A stretch of DNA of 64,000 nucleotides from Phormidesmis sp. (GTDB lineage Bacteria; Cyanobacteriota; Cyanobacteriia; Leptolyngbyales; Leptolyngbyaceae): assembly GCA_965248535.1 (NCBI GenBank), contig CBDFJR010000005.1, forward strand, positions 1,984,001-2,048,000, in the 5' to 3' direction. The notes under the pieces are model-generated. The model saw only the letters and a program-made list of their open reading frames with translations, did not search any database and was not told where the DNA came from. This document shows positions 20,055 through 30,419 of this stretch, one piece after another. The position numbers and the translations under genes were made by a program. How positions within the stretch are numbered: the first letter of the stretch is position 1; the number at the start of each line of letters is the position of its first letter.

Positions 20055-22601
20055 TTACGATCGGTCGCTGACCGTGGCGACTAGCTCTTTTTCATCGTCA
20101 AAGGCAGGGCGTTTTTGACCCCGTTCTTCGACGTGCACCAAACTGGGGTCTTGTTGATCCGTGTTGACAAAATGACGGAAGCGCATCAGCTTTGTAGGAT
20201 CGGCGATCGTCGCCTTCCATTCACAGGCGTAGGTCTCGACTTGATGGGCCATTTCTGCCTCTAACTCAGCACAAATGCCTAGAGAATCCTGAATCACCAC
20301 TTGCTTAAGGTAGTCGATGCCGCCTTCGAGTTTGTTGAGCCAAGTTGCCGTGCGCTCCAATCGGTTGGCGGTGCGAATGTAGAACATTAAGAAGCGATCG
20401 ATATATTTAATCAGCGTCTCTTTGTCGATGTCTTCCGCAATCAGTTGCGCGTGTTGAGGTCGAATGCCCCCATTGCCGCAGACATAGAGATTCCAGCCGT
20501 TTTCGGTGGCGATGATGCCAAAGTCCTTGCTCTGCGCTTCAGCACATTCTCGCGTGCAGCCAGACACCGCAGACTTGAGTTTGTGAGGGGCCCGCAGACC
20601 ACGATAGCGAAGCTCAACCTCGATCGCCAGAGAAGTCGAGTCTTGCACCCCAAATCGGCACCAAGTGCTGCCCACGCAAGATTTCACCGTTCTCAGCGCT
20701 TTGCCGTAGGCGTGTCCTGACTCAAACCCGGCTTCGACTAACTGCTGCCAAATCAGGGGAAGCTGATCGACCCGTGCACCCAATAAATCGATGCGCTGCC
20801 CGCCCGTGATTTTGGTGTAAAGTCCGAATTCTTTAGCGACTTCGCCCAGAGCGATCAGGCTATCGGGCGTGATTTCTCCACCGGGAATGCGCGGAATCAC
20901 CGAGTAAGTGCCGTCTTTTTGAATGTTGGCAAGATAAGCATCGTTGGTGTCTTGCAGCCCGACGTGTGGCGAATTCAGCACATAGTCATTCCAGGCCGAT
21001 GCGAGAATTGAGCCAACAGCGGGCTTACAAATTTCGCATCCTTTGCCCTGTCCATGCCCTGCTATCAACTCGTCGAAGGTCTCGATTCTTTGAGTGCGGA
21101 CTAGGTGATAGAGTTCTTGGCGAGAATAGGCAAAGTGTTCGCAGAGGTGATTTTTGACCTCAACTCCGGCTTTCTTTAACTCGTCTTTTAGCAGATCAGT
21201 GACGAGGGGAACGCAGCCCCCACAGCCCGTTCCGGCTTGGGTGCATTTTTTGACGCTGGCGATATCCGTCAACCCCTGATCCTGAATAGCGCTGCAAATC
21301 TGCCCTTTAGTGACGCTGTTGCACGAGCAGATTTGGGCCGTGTCGGGCAGACTCTCAACCCCCATAGCAAAGCTTGATTTGCCTTCGCGGGGCGGCAGCA
21401 GCAGATCTTCTGGGTGCGGTGGCAGCACGATCTGATTTTGCATCAGTTGCAGCAAATTGCCATAGGCAGAAGCATCGCCAACCAAGATGCCGCCGAGGAG
21501 CCGATCGCCCGATTCGTCAACCACGATCTTTTTGTAAATGCCCTGAATCGAGTCAATGATCGCGAACTCTTTTGATCCCGGCGTTTTGCTGAAGGCATCG
21601 CCAAAACTGGCGACATCTACGCCCAGCAGTTTGAGCTTGGTAGACATATCTGCGCCCGTAAAAGCGCTGCTGCCACGATCGCAGAGATTATCAGCCGCCA
21701 CCGTGGCCATCGTGTAACCGGGAGCCACTAGCCCAAAGATACGGTTATCATAGAGCGCGCATTCTCCGATCGCATAGATATCAGGGTCAGACGTTTGGCA
21801 GTGGTCGTTGATGACAATGCCGCCCCGATCGCCCACCGTTAGCCCACAGTCACGCGCAATCTCATCACGGGGACGAATGCCCGCAGAAAACACGATCATA
21901 TCGGTCTGAAGCTCGCTACCGTCGGCAAACTGCATTTTGCTCACGCAGCCATTTTCACTGACGATCGCTGTCGTCGATTTGCTAGCGTGAACCGTGACCC
22001 CCAATTCCTCAATTTTATTTTTAAGCACGGTGCCGCCCGCGTCATCTACCTGCACAGGCATCAGGCGAGGAGCGAATTCAACGACGTGGGTTTTGAGTCC
22101 CATGCTTTTGAGGGCGTTAGCGCATTCTAGACCCAGCAATCCGCCGCCAATCACGACCCCAACTTTAGACTGTTTGGCGTGAGCCGCCATCGCTTCGAGA
22201 TCGTCGATCGTGCGATAGACAAAGGTGCCCTGGGTGTCTTTTCCCGGAATCGGCGGCACAAAGGGATAGGAACCTGTCGCAATCACCACGTTGTCATACT
22301 CAATTGTGATGCCATTCGCAGAGGTGACCGTCTTGCGATCGCGATCAATAGCGATCGCTTTATCACCTACGTGGATTTGAATGTCGTGATCTTGATAAAG
22401 TCCGGGTTTGACCAGAGTCAAATCAGCCGCAGTTTTGCCTGAAAAGAAACCGCTTAGGTTGACCCGATCGTAAGCAACGCGAGGTTCTTCACAGAAGGTA
22501 ACCAGGTGCCAATCGTCGATCGCTTGCTTTGCGATCATCTGTTCTAAAAACTTGTGACCGACCATGCCGTTGCCAATGACAACCAACGTCTTTTTAGTCA
22601 T
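20055..22601 (-). CDS. nirB: NAD(P)H-dependent siroheme nitrite reductase, large subunit (enterobacterial NirB type)
   Basis: FAD motif IGNGMVG, NAD motif GGGLLGLE, two BFD-like Cys clusters, KSCVGSTWC and SGCTRECAE siroheme/4Fe-4S motifs. Confidence 0.95.
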   Translation of the reverse strand: MTKKTLVVIGNGMVGHKFLEQMIAKQAIDDWHLVTFCEEPRVAYDRVNLSGFFSGKTAADLTLVKPGLYQDHDIQIHVGDKAIAIDRDRKTVTSANGITIEYDNVVIATGSYPFVPPIPGKDTQGTFVYRTIDDLEAMAAHAKQSKVGVVIGGGLLGLECANALKSMGLKTHVVEFAPRLMPVQVDDAGGTVLKNKIEELGVTVHASKSTTAIVSENGCVSKMQFADGSELQTDMIVFSAGIRPRDEIARDCGLTVGDRGGIVINDHCQTSDPDIYAIGECALYDNRIFGLVAPGYTMATVAADNLCDRGSSAFTGADMSTKLKLLGVDVASFGDAFSKTPGSKEFAIIDSIQGIYKKIVVDESGDRLLGGILVGDASAYGNLLQLMQNQIVLPPHPEDLLLPPREGKSSFAMGVESLPDTAQICSCNSVTKGQICSAIQDQGLTDIASVKKCTQAGTGCGGCVPLVTDLLKDELKKAGVEVKNHLCEHFAYSRQELYHLVRTQRIETFDELIAGHGQGKGCEICKPAVGSILASAWNDYVLNSPHVGLQDTNDAYLANIQKDGTYSVIPRIPGGEITPDSLIALGEVAKEFGLYTKITGGQRIDLLGARVDQLPLIWQQLVEAGFESGHAYGKALRTVKSCVGSTWCRFGVQDSTSLAIEVELRYRGLRAPHKLKSAVSGCTRECAEAQSKDFGIIATENGWNLYVCGNGGIRPQHAQLIAEDIDKETLIKYIDRFLMFYIRTANRLERTATWLNKLEGGIDYLKQVVIQDSLGICAELEAEMAHQVETYACEWKATIADPTKLMRFRHFVNTDQQDPSLVHVEERGQKRPAFDDEKELVATVSDRS

Positions 22602-22673
22602 TATCCGCAATTCTCTGTAGCGCCATTCCTTGCTAGACTACGCGCATTTTTTAGATGTGACTAGTCCAAAACT

Positions 22674-22687
22674 GTAGTCTGAGATAC
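22674..22687. promoter_or_regulatory. NtcA box upstream of nirB
   Basis: GTA-GTCTGAGA-TAC (GTAN8TAC), about 73 nt upstream of the nirB ATG. Confidence 0.65.
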
Positions 22688-22981
22688 GAAAATTTCTTAA
22701 GCAGTGCGTTTTCTGTATGATCCCAATCCTAATCTTGCATTGAGCGCCCAAATCTTATCCATAATTTTGATCCCCATGACATTCTCAGCTTCTGCTGACC
22801 GAAACGGCGAGTCTGAGCGATCGCGACCCTCCCAATCCAGCAAGCCGAGAATTTCAGAATTCTACTAAAATTTTGAGCTAATCGGCCACCGCTTGAAGCA
22901 CCTATTTGAAAAACTACTTTTCTTAAGGCTTCTAAAGGCGTATTGTGAATCTGAATGAGGAGACTTTAACTGGCACAAAAT

Positions 22982-23956
22982 ATGGCTCCACTGGTCGCAA
23001 ATTATTATTTGACCTACCGCTGCAACGCTCGCTGTCACTTTTGTGATATCTGGGCGCTCGAACCCAAGCAGGAAGCGTCTTTTGAAACGATTCAGAAAAA
23101 TCTCGCAGATTTGCGTCGTCTGGGCGTGAAGTATGTAGACTTCACAGGGGGCGAACCCCTGCTGAGAGCCGATGTAGCTGAGGTGTTTTCAGAAGCCAAG
23201 CGACAAGGCTTCACCACCAGCATGACGACCAACACGATTCTCTACCCCAAGCGTGCCAAAGAAATGCAGGGGTTGGTAGACTTTCTCAACTTCTCGCTAG
23301 ATGGGGGCGATGCCGAAACCCACGACCAATCGAGAGGTGTCAAGATTTTTGACACGCTTGTAGAATCGGTCAAAATTGCCCACTCGCTGGGAGAATATCC
23401 CGTTCTCAATCACACGGTCACCGCTCAAAACTATGAGCGCCTGGGCGAAGTGGCAGAACTGGGTCAGCGCCTTCAAGCTCGCGTTTGGCTCAATCCGGCG
23501 TTTACGGCCCACAGCCACTACAACGCTAAAAAGAATCCCACGCCCGACATGGTGAAGGCGATCGAGGTGGCCGCCAAGAAATATAACAATCTTGGTTACA
23601 ATAAGGCTGCTCTGGCATTTATCGAGGCGGGCGGCAATGACACCGAAAAACCTCGCTGCAAAGCGGTGGAAGCGGTGATCGCCATCGGCCCCCACGACGA
23701 GCTTTTGCTGCCCTGCTATCACTTTGCTCAAAAAGAGTTGCCGATCGCGGGTCGCCTTTACGAGCTTTATAAGCAGTCAGAAGAAGTCGAAGCGTTTCGA
23801 CAATCGCAGGGCAAGCTGTCGGTCTGTGAAGGCTGCACCGTCTGGTGTTACCTCATTCCCAGCTTTTTCAAGGGTGTAGACAAATATTGGCTGTTAAACC
23901 AAGTAACCTATGTCGGAGAATTCTTGGCCAGAAAACGATTCTTACAACGAGCTTGA
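22982..23956 (+). CDS. Radical SAM protein with a C-terminal SPASM/twitch-like Cys cluster
   Basis: CNARCHFC, FTGGEPLL, C..CYH..CEGCTVWC. Confidence 0.9.
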   Translation: MAPLVANYYLTYRCNARCHFCDIWALEPKQEASFETIQKNLADLRRLGVKYVDFTGGEPLLRADVAEVFSEAKRQGFTTSMTTNTILYPKRAKEMQGLVDFLNFSLDGGDAETHDQSRGVKIFDTLVESVKIAHSLGEYPVLNHTVTAQNYERLGEVAELGQRLQARVWLNPAFTAHSHYNAKKNPTPDMVKAIEVAAKKYNNLGYNKAALAFIEAGGNDTEKPRCKAVEAVIAIGPHDELLLPCYHFAQKELPIAGRLYELYKQSEEVEAFRQSQGKLSVCEGCTVWCYLIPSFFKGVDKYWLLNQVTYVGEFLARKRFLQRA

Positions 23957-25402
23957 GTCTCTTCCAGAAGAAGCCTGTGCAGCCCTGGCAGCACTCGTGG
24001 GAGATCTGCCCGATGCGTCGGAGTTTGATCAAGTAGACGAACCACCCTATCAGGGGTTTAGAGGGCGTAGGCGAAAAGCGGCTACGGTGCTGGTGGTGAT
24101 TTGGGGGGGCACGATCGCGCTGCACCTCGTGACCTGGGGCTACTGGTTTGTGCTGGGTTTGACCACGTTGATGGGGCTGCACGCTGTCAGGTTTTTGATG
24201 GCGCGCCCGGCTGATCTACCAGAACCCTTTCAGACGACACACGGCAGGATTATCCCTTTGTGTCGCTGATGATCGCGGCCAAAAATGAAGAGTCTGTGAT
24301 TGGCAATCTCGCAGATCGCTTGTGTCAGCTAGATTATCCCAGCGATCGCTACGAGGTTTGGGTGATCGATGACAACAGCACCGACCAAACGCCCGTGTTG
24401 CTGGATCAGTTAGCGGCTCAACATCCTCAACTCAACGTGTTTCATCGCCCTGCCAACGCCGGGGGCGGCAAATCTGGTGCTCTAAACCAGGCCTTGCCGC
24501 TTACTCAGGGAGACATTATTGTGGTCTTTGATGCCGATGCTCAAGTCGAACCAGACTTTTTGCGGCGCGTGGTGCCCCTGTTTGACCGCGAGCAGGTCGG
24601 CGCAGTGCAGGTGCGGAAAGCGATCGTGCAAGCCGAGCCACAGTTTCACTCTAAAGATGCCAACAATGTTTGGATTCGGGGACAGATGGCAGAAATGGCC
24701 CTGGATGCCTTTATCCATCAACAGCGCGTGGCGATCGGGGGCGTGGGAGAACTGCGCGGCAACGGTCAGTTTGTGCGGCGCACGGCCCTAGAGCAAGTCG
24801 GCGGCTGGAACGAAGAAACCATCACTGACGATCTAGATCTGACCATTCGGCTGCACGTCAATCGCTGGGATATTGATGTGCTTACCGCTCCGGCGGTCTA
24901 TGAAGAAGGCGTGACTAGCGCGATCGGGCTATGGCATCAGCGCAATCGCTGGGCAGAAGGCGGCTATCAGCGCTATCTGGACTATTGGCAACTGATCGCC
25001 AGAAACCGCATGGGAACGCGTAAAACTCTCGATTTGCTGATGTTTTGGATTATTCAATACGTCATGCCGACCGCCGCATTACCCGATTTTTTGATGGCGA
25101 TCGCCCGCAACCGCCCTTTGCTCCTCAGTCCGATTTCCGGGTTGACAGTAATGCTGTTTTTATTCAGCACGGTGAGCGGGCTGCGGCGCATTCAGCGATC
25201 GAGCGGGGCTTCAGCCCAACTCAAACAATCCTCGCCCAAGGGAGTTGATTTCTCTCTATTTGTGACATTTTTGCAGTCGCTGCGCGGCACACTATATATG
25301 ATGCACTGGCTGCCGATCGTGGGCAGCACCACGGTACGGATGTCTTTCCGTCCCAAGCGGTTGAAGTGGGTCAAAACAGTGCATCGCGGCACAGCCGACT
25401 AG
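23910..25402 (+). CDS. mgdA: Monoglucosyldiacylglycerol synthase (GT2), split by an apparent 1-nt deletion near 24225-24230
   Basis: N-terminal SWPENDSYNE..GRRRKAA..TM in ORF1; GT2 motifs DDNS, GKSGALN, FDAD, TDDLD, QRNRW in ORF2. One extra base in CCCTTT fuses the two ORFs (...PEPLSDDTRQDYPFVS). Confidence 0.85.
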
Positions 25403-25404
25403 CC

Positions 25405-27279
25405 CTAAAAATCAACCTCGTCTTCATCGTCATCGTCTTCAGGTTCCTCTGGCTCTAACGTCTCTGCCGCCGGAGGAATGATCGCGATCGACTCAGACTC
25501 GATCGGGCTATCTAGCTCATCGTCTAAATTCACCACGTCACCGTTAAAGGCATAGGCGAGACTTTTGGCCGCTTGGGTGGCTTCGTCATCGTCCCAGCCT
25601 CTAGCTTGAGCGCGATCGGGAGGTGCGATGGCTTCTGGTTGAGCTAGGGGCGTAGGGTCGCTAGGCGCACTGGCTGGCACGATCGCCGGAGCGTCTACCT
25701 CAGGGCGACTTGGCTCAACCGGGCGGCTAGCGGGCTGGGTGGGTTGCTCCATCGACCAGGCAGAATTGGAAGACCCCACCTCTGACACTTGCAGCGTCAC
25801 TTTGACGGCTCGCTTCAACGCTTTGGCAGAGGCTTTGCCAATCAACGGCACCGTCCGCTGAATCATTTTGACCATCGATTCGCCCCGAACGCCAACGATT
25901 ACCTCACTGCCGCTCACCGACACTAGGTGACAGTTAGCGCTGACAATGCCTTTGGTCGATGGAATATCGACATAGCTGAGAATCTGCTGCCAGGTCTGGG
26001 CTAGCTCGTCATCGGCAGCACTGGGCTGAGACGCGGCTGCCAACTCTTGAGGAACGGGAGGCACGATCGCAGGTTCCGCAAAAGGCTGAGGAGCAAAAGT
26101 CGTTTCTCTAACAACGGGCTTAGAGACAGGAGTTTGCGGAACGGTCGGCGCGATCGTCGGCAAGCTCGATTCAGTGGGCTGAGGGACGATCGCGGCAGGA
26201 AACAGCCCCAGCAGGGTCAACTCTAACCACAATCGTGGCTGCGTTGTGTTTTTAAGTTGCAGTTCGCTGCTGCGTAAGTGCTGCTGCCCTGCCAAAATAG
26301 TCCCTAGATCTTGGGTTTGAGCAAAGGTGCAGAGTTTCGTCCAAGTCGGCGGCGTGATCGCCACTAGATCGCTGCGAGTCGGGGCGGTTTTGGCAATCAG
26401 CAAATCACGGTAGAAGCTAGCCAGATTTTGCAGCACGATCAGCGGTTCGCGTCCTCGATCCATCAAGCGGCGCGTGTGGTCGAGCACCGCTTCGGGGTCG
26501 CTCGTGGCGATCGCTTCAACGAGTCCCATTAAATCCTGTTCGGGCACTGCGCCGACTAAATCCCACACCCGATCGACGGTGACTTCGCCCGCTAGCAAAC
26601 TCAGTTGATCGAGCAGACTTTCGGCATCGCGCAACCCTCCTTGAGAAATCTGAGCCACTAGTTGCAGAGCATCTTGAGCAATGGCAATGCTCTCTTTTTC
26701 GGCGATCATTCTCAAGTGCTGCACCATCGGTTCTAGGGGAATCCGCCGATAGTCAAAGCGCTGACAGCGAGAAATAATCGTCGGCAACACGCGCTGCGGA
26801 TCGGTGGTTGCCAAGATAAAAACGACCCGATCGGGCGGCTCTTCTAACGTCTTTAACAAGGCATTAAATGCGGCATTTGAGAGCATATGAACTTCGTCAA
26901 TGACGTACACTTTGTATCGACACTGTACGGGAGCAAACTGTGCTCGTTCGATCAGTTCGCGAATGTTGTCTACGCCTGTGTTGCTGGCGGCATCGATTTC
27001 AATCACATCTAGCGCTGACCCGTTGGTGATGGCGCGGCAGGTTTCACACACACCACAGGGGGCATCGGTCGGCGCAGGCACCGCCATGCAGTTGAGCGAT
27101 TTGGCAAAAATGCGAGCGCTCGACGTTTTGCCTGTGCCTCGTGCGCCCGTAAATAGATAGGCGGGAGCGATGCGCTGCTGGCAAAGGGCATTAGAAAGCG
27201 TGGTGGCGATCGCCGCCTGCCCCACCAGCTGGGCAAAGGTCTGCGGACGATATTTGTGATGAAGCGGCTGATAGGACAT
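25405..27279 (-). CDS. dnaX: DNA polymerase III subunit gamma/tau
   Basis: KYRPQTF, GARGTGKTS, IDEVH, SRCQRF. Confidence 0.98.
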   Translation of the reverse strand: MSYQPLHHKYRPQTFAQLVGQAAIATTLSNALCQQRIAPAYLFTGARGTGKTSSARIFAKSLNCMAVPAPTDAPCGVCETCRAITNGSALDVIEIDAASNTGVDNIRELIERAQFAPVQCRYKVYVIDEVHMLSNAAFNALLKTLEEPPDRVVFILATTDPQRVLPTIISRCQRFDYRRIPLEPMVQHLRMIAEKESIAIAQDALQLVAQISQGGLRDAESLLDQLSLLAGEVTVDRVWDLVGAVPEQDLMGLVEAIATSDPEAVLDHTRRLMDRGREPLIVLQNLASFYRDLLIAKTAPTRSDLVAITPPTWTKLCTFAQTQDLGTILAGQQHLRSSELQLKNTTQPRLWLELTLLGLFPAAIVPQPTESSLPTIAPTVPQTPVSKPVVRETTFAPQPFAEPAIVPPVPQELAAASQPSAADDELAQTWQQILSYVDIPSTKGIVSANCHLVSVSGSEVIVGVRGESMVKMIQRTVPLIGKASAKALKRAVKVTLQVSEVGSSNSAWSMEQPTQPASRPVEPSRPEVDAPAIVPASAPSDPTPLAQPEAIAPPDRAQARGWDDDEATQAAKSLAYAFNGDVVNLDDELDSPIESESIAIIPPAAETLEPEEPEDDDDEDEVDF

Positions 27280-27553
27280 AAATACTAATAAGTTCCCTAT
27301 CTTATAGCGTAATCGATTATCTGCTCACGCCTGGCTCCATCCTTGGATAGGATTGCATTCAGGCTTTTTAGCGAGAGGGACGATCGCCCACCCTGTCCAG
27401 ACTTGCAATCATTCACAAAAGTTAACAAAATCAGAAGATTTACTTAAGAAAGCTGAAAAATAGGCGCTGGATGCCCCACTAGGGGATTGTTTCACCTTTG
27501 TAAACACGCTGTAATAGTCTGTCTGCTAACCTTGGCATCGTAAAAGTGATTTC

Positions 27554-28615
27554 ATGAAATCTTTTGTCTACTTATCTCTGCTGGCGCTGGCATTAACTGC
27601 CTGTAGCGCCACCCCCACAACCACAGCAGTGTCTCCCAGCCCCGCAGTTCCCACTCAAGCGGCCAATTCTCAAGAGCAGAAAAAGCCCCTAGTCGTGACC
27701 ACGGTTGCGCCCTTGACCAACATTGTCAGCAACATTGCGGGCGATCGCATCACCGTTAAAGGCATCATTCCTGAAGGCACCGACTCACACACCTTTGAGC
27801 CACGCCCGTCTGACACCGATATTCTGGCTAAAGCCAACCTGATTTTGGTCAACGGACTCCACCTAGAATCGCCCACCGAAAAGCTAGCAAACGCGACCAA
27901 ACCCAAAGACACCCAGATTTTTGAGATGGGCAGCAACACCGTCACCCAAGATCAGTGGATGTTTGACTTCAGTTTTCCCAAAGAAAAGGGCGATCCAAAT
28001 CCCCATCTCTGGGTCAACCCCAAATATGCAGAAGCCTACGCCAAGCTGGCCGCCCAACAGCTAACCGCCCTCGATCCCGCAGGCAAAGACTACTATGCAA
28101 CCAATCTCAAAAATTATTTGCAGCGCTTAGAAGACCTCGACAAAGCGACTCGTGACGTGGTAGCCAGCATTCCGCCAGAAAACCGCAAACTGTTGACCTA
28201 TCATGACTCTTGGGCTTATTGGGCGAGAGAATATGGCTTTCAGGTGATTGGGGCCATTCAGCCTTCTGACTTTAAAGAGCCGTCTGCTCAAGATGTCGCC
28301 AAGCTAATCGATCAAATTAAACAAGTCAAAGTTCCGGCTATTTTTGGCTCCGAAGTCTACCCCAGCAAGGTCGAAGAGCAAATTGCACGAGAAGCCAACG
28401 TGAAAACCGCCAACACCGCCGACGACGAACTGCCAGGAGAAGGGTCTGCCAATGCCGTAGACAACAAAAATCCTCAGCATACCTACATCGGCATGATGAC
28501 CAATAATCTTCGCATCATCGCCACCGGGTTAGGAGGCAACCCAAAACTCGTGGACAAACTCGCTACAGCCAACGTGGTTGGGCCGACGGCCATTGCTGCA
28601 AATTCTACTAAATAG
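27554..28615 (+). CDS. Zn/Mn ABC transporter substrate-binding lipoprotein (cluster A-I)
   Basis: Lipobox LTAC; SHTFEP, NPHLW, YHDSW motifs. Confidence 0.92.
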   Translation: MKSFVYLSLLALALTACSATPTTTAVSPSPAVPTQAANSQEQKKPLVVTTVAPLTNIVSNIAGDRITVKGIIPEGTDSHTFEPRPSDTDILAKANLILVNGLHLESPTEKLANATKPKDTQIFEMGSNTVTQDQWMFDFSFPKEKGDPNPHLWVNPKYAEAYAKLAAQQLTALDPAGKDYYATNLKNYLQRLEDLDKATRDVVASIPPENRKLLTYHDSWAYWAREYGFQVIGAIQPSDFKEPSAQDVAKLIDQIKQVKVPAIFGSEVYPSKVEEQIAREANVKTANTADDELPGEGSANAVDNKNPQHTYIGMMTNNLRIIATGLGGNPKLVDKLATANVVGPTAIAANSTK

Positions 28616-28631
28616 TCAAACAGGTCACTTA

Positions 28632-29468
28632 ATGGAACCGTTGTTAGAACTCAAGAACCTGACCTGTGGCTATCAAAGCGGCCCTGTTTTTACTGATGTG
28701 AGCCTAGCGCTTTATCCCCGACAGCTTTCTGGGCTGGTCGGCCCGTCAGGTAGCGGCAAAAGCACGCTAATTAAGGCGATATTGGGACTTGTGCATCCCT
28801 GGCGAGGTGAAATCAAATCTCACGGCAAGCGCCTCAGATTTGGCACGTCTCCCCCAAAAGTAGGCTATGTGCCGCAGGTCGAAACGGTGGACTGGAACTT
28901 TCCGGTGACGGCCGAAGAAGTGGTGATGATGGGACGCTATCGACAACACAAATTTTCGCCTTGGTCGTCGAGACGCGATCGCTTAGTCGCGAGAGATCTG
29001 CTCGATCGAGTAGGAGTGGCTCACGTTGCCCATCACCCGATCGGGGATTTATCGGGCGGGCAGCAGCAGCGAGTGTTTCTAGCGCGTGCGCTCGTGGGCG
29101 AACCCGAACTCGTGCTCTTAGACGAGCCAACTAGCGGCTCAGATCTACACGTCCAGCATGAACTGCTGCACTTATTAGCCGAACTGAGTCAGCAAGGGCT
29201 ATCCATTTTGCTCTCGACTCACGATCTCAACTCAGTGGCAACTCACTTGCCTTGGGTGGTGTGCTTTAATCAGGGCTTAATTTGCCAGGGAGAACCTACC
29301 AAGGTTTTTACCCCCGCGACGCTCCGGCAAACCTTTGGAGCCGAGATGCTGGTGCTGCGTCAAGACGAACGGGTGCTCATTTCTAGTGATGCGACCACCC
29401 TGCTGCACGAACTGAAAAACAATCTGCCGACTGCGCTGCGGCACAACCCCTCTAAATCTGTCTTATGA
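28632..29468 (+). CDS. Metal ABC transporter ATPase
   Basis: GPSGSGKST, LSGGQQQR, LLDEP, STHD. Confidence 0.93.
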   Translation: MEPLLELKNLTCGYQSGPVFTDVSLALYPRQLSGLVGPSGSGKSTLIKAILGLVHPWRGEIKSHGKRLRFGTSPPKVGYVPQVETVDWNFPVTAEEVVMMGRYRQHKFSPWSSRRDRLVARDLLDRVGVAHVAHHPIGDLSGGQQQRVFLARALVGEPELVLLDEPTSGSDLHVQHELLHLLAELSQQGLSILLSTHDLNSVATHLPWVVCFNQGLICQGEPTKVFTPATLRQTFGAEMLVLRQDERVLISSDATTLLHELKNNLPTALRHNPSKSVL

Positions 29469-30328
29469 ACCTTATGGATTTTTTACTCAAACCCTTTCAA
29501 TATGACTTTTTTAGCCGGGCCATGATGGTGGGGGTGATGGTGGGGCTGCTCTGCGGCGTGATGGGAGTTTATGTCACCACTCGTCGCATGAGCTATATTG
29601 CCCACGGTCTCTCCCATGCGATTTTGGGAGGGGCGGTGATGACCTATGTGTTAGGGCTAAATTTCTATATTGGCTCAGGCATTTGGGGGTTTGGGGCAGC
29701 GCTCTTAATTCAATATCTAACGGGTCGCAAAGTCTATTCTGATGCGGCGATCGGCATTGTCACCACCGCTAGTTTCGCGTTAGGGGTTGCGGTGATCAGC
29801 AGCTATCGCAAGTTTAGTCAAAACTTTGAGGCGGCATTATTTGGCAATGTGTTAGGAGTGTCTCCTACTGATCTCTGGGTCGTTACGGGCGTGACTATTT
29901 TTTTGTTAAGCTTAGTGTTTATTTTTTATCGTCCTTTATTATTTTGGTGTTTTGATCGAGAGGTGGCGCAGGTGCAGGGCGTGCCTGTTTTTGCAATGGA
30001 TACACTCTTTGCACTGATGTTAGCGACGCTGTTGGTTGCCACCCTGCAAGTGTTGGGCGTAACGCTGATTATTTCAGCCGTGGTGATTCCGGCTTCGATC
30101 GCACGTCTACTCAGTCATCACTTTGGCTATATGATGGTGATTTCTGGTCTGTTGGGGGCAGCGATCGCTTTTGCAGGCATTTATTTAAGCTATTACTTTG
30201 ATATTGCGTCGGGGGCCAGCGTTGTCTTGCTGTCAACGTTAGTGTTTGGGCTGGTGTTGATTGGGACACAGCTTAAGCAGCGCCGTAAGCGCCATCTACC
30301 GTCTTTGCATTCTCATCATGTCTCTTGA
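29465..30328 (+). CDS. Metal ABC transporter permease (ABC-3)
   Basis: GLSHAILGG, LFGNVL, FDREVA; polytopic. Confidence 0.93.
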   Translation: MNLMDFLLKPFQYDFFSRAMMVGVMVGLLCGVMGVYVTTRRMSYIAHGLSHAILGGAVMTYVLGLNFYIGSGIWGFGAALLIQYLTGRKVYSDAAIGIVTTASFALGVAVISSYRKFSQNFEAALFGNVLGVSPTDLWVVTGVTIFLLSLVFIFYRPLLFWCFDREVAQVQGVPVFAMDTLFALMLATLLVATLQVLGVTLIISAVVIPASIARLLSHHFGYMMVISGLLGAAIAFAGIYLSYYFDIASGASVVLLSTLVFGLVLIGTQLKQRRKRHLPSLHSHHVS

Positions 30329-30419
30329 AATCGTGGATTAAATTAAATCAGCCATACCCAGTCCGCAGGCGCGACCCCTCCTGTGGTATCTTGGGTTGCT
30401 CTTACAGAATCTGGGATGT

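Noticed and set aside
27300..27553. Zur/ManR box upstream of the metal ABC operon
   Set aside because: No convincing TGATAATnATTATCA-type palindrome; metal specificity left open.
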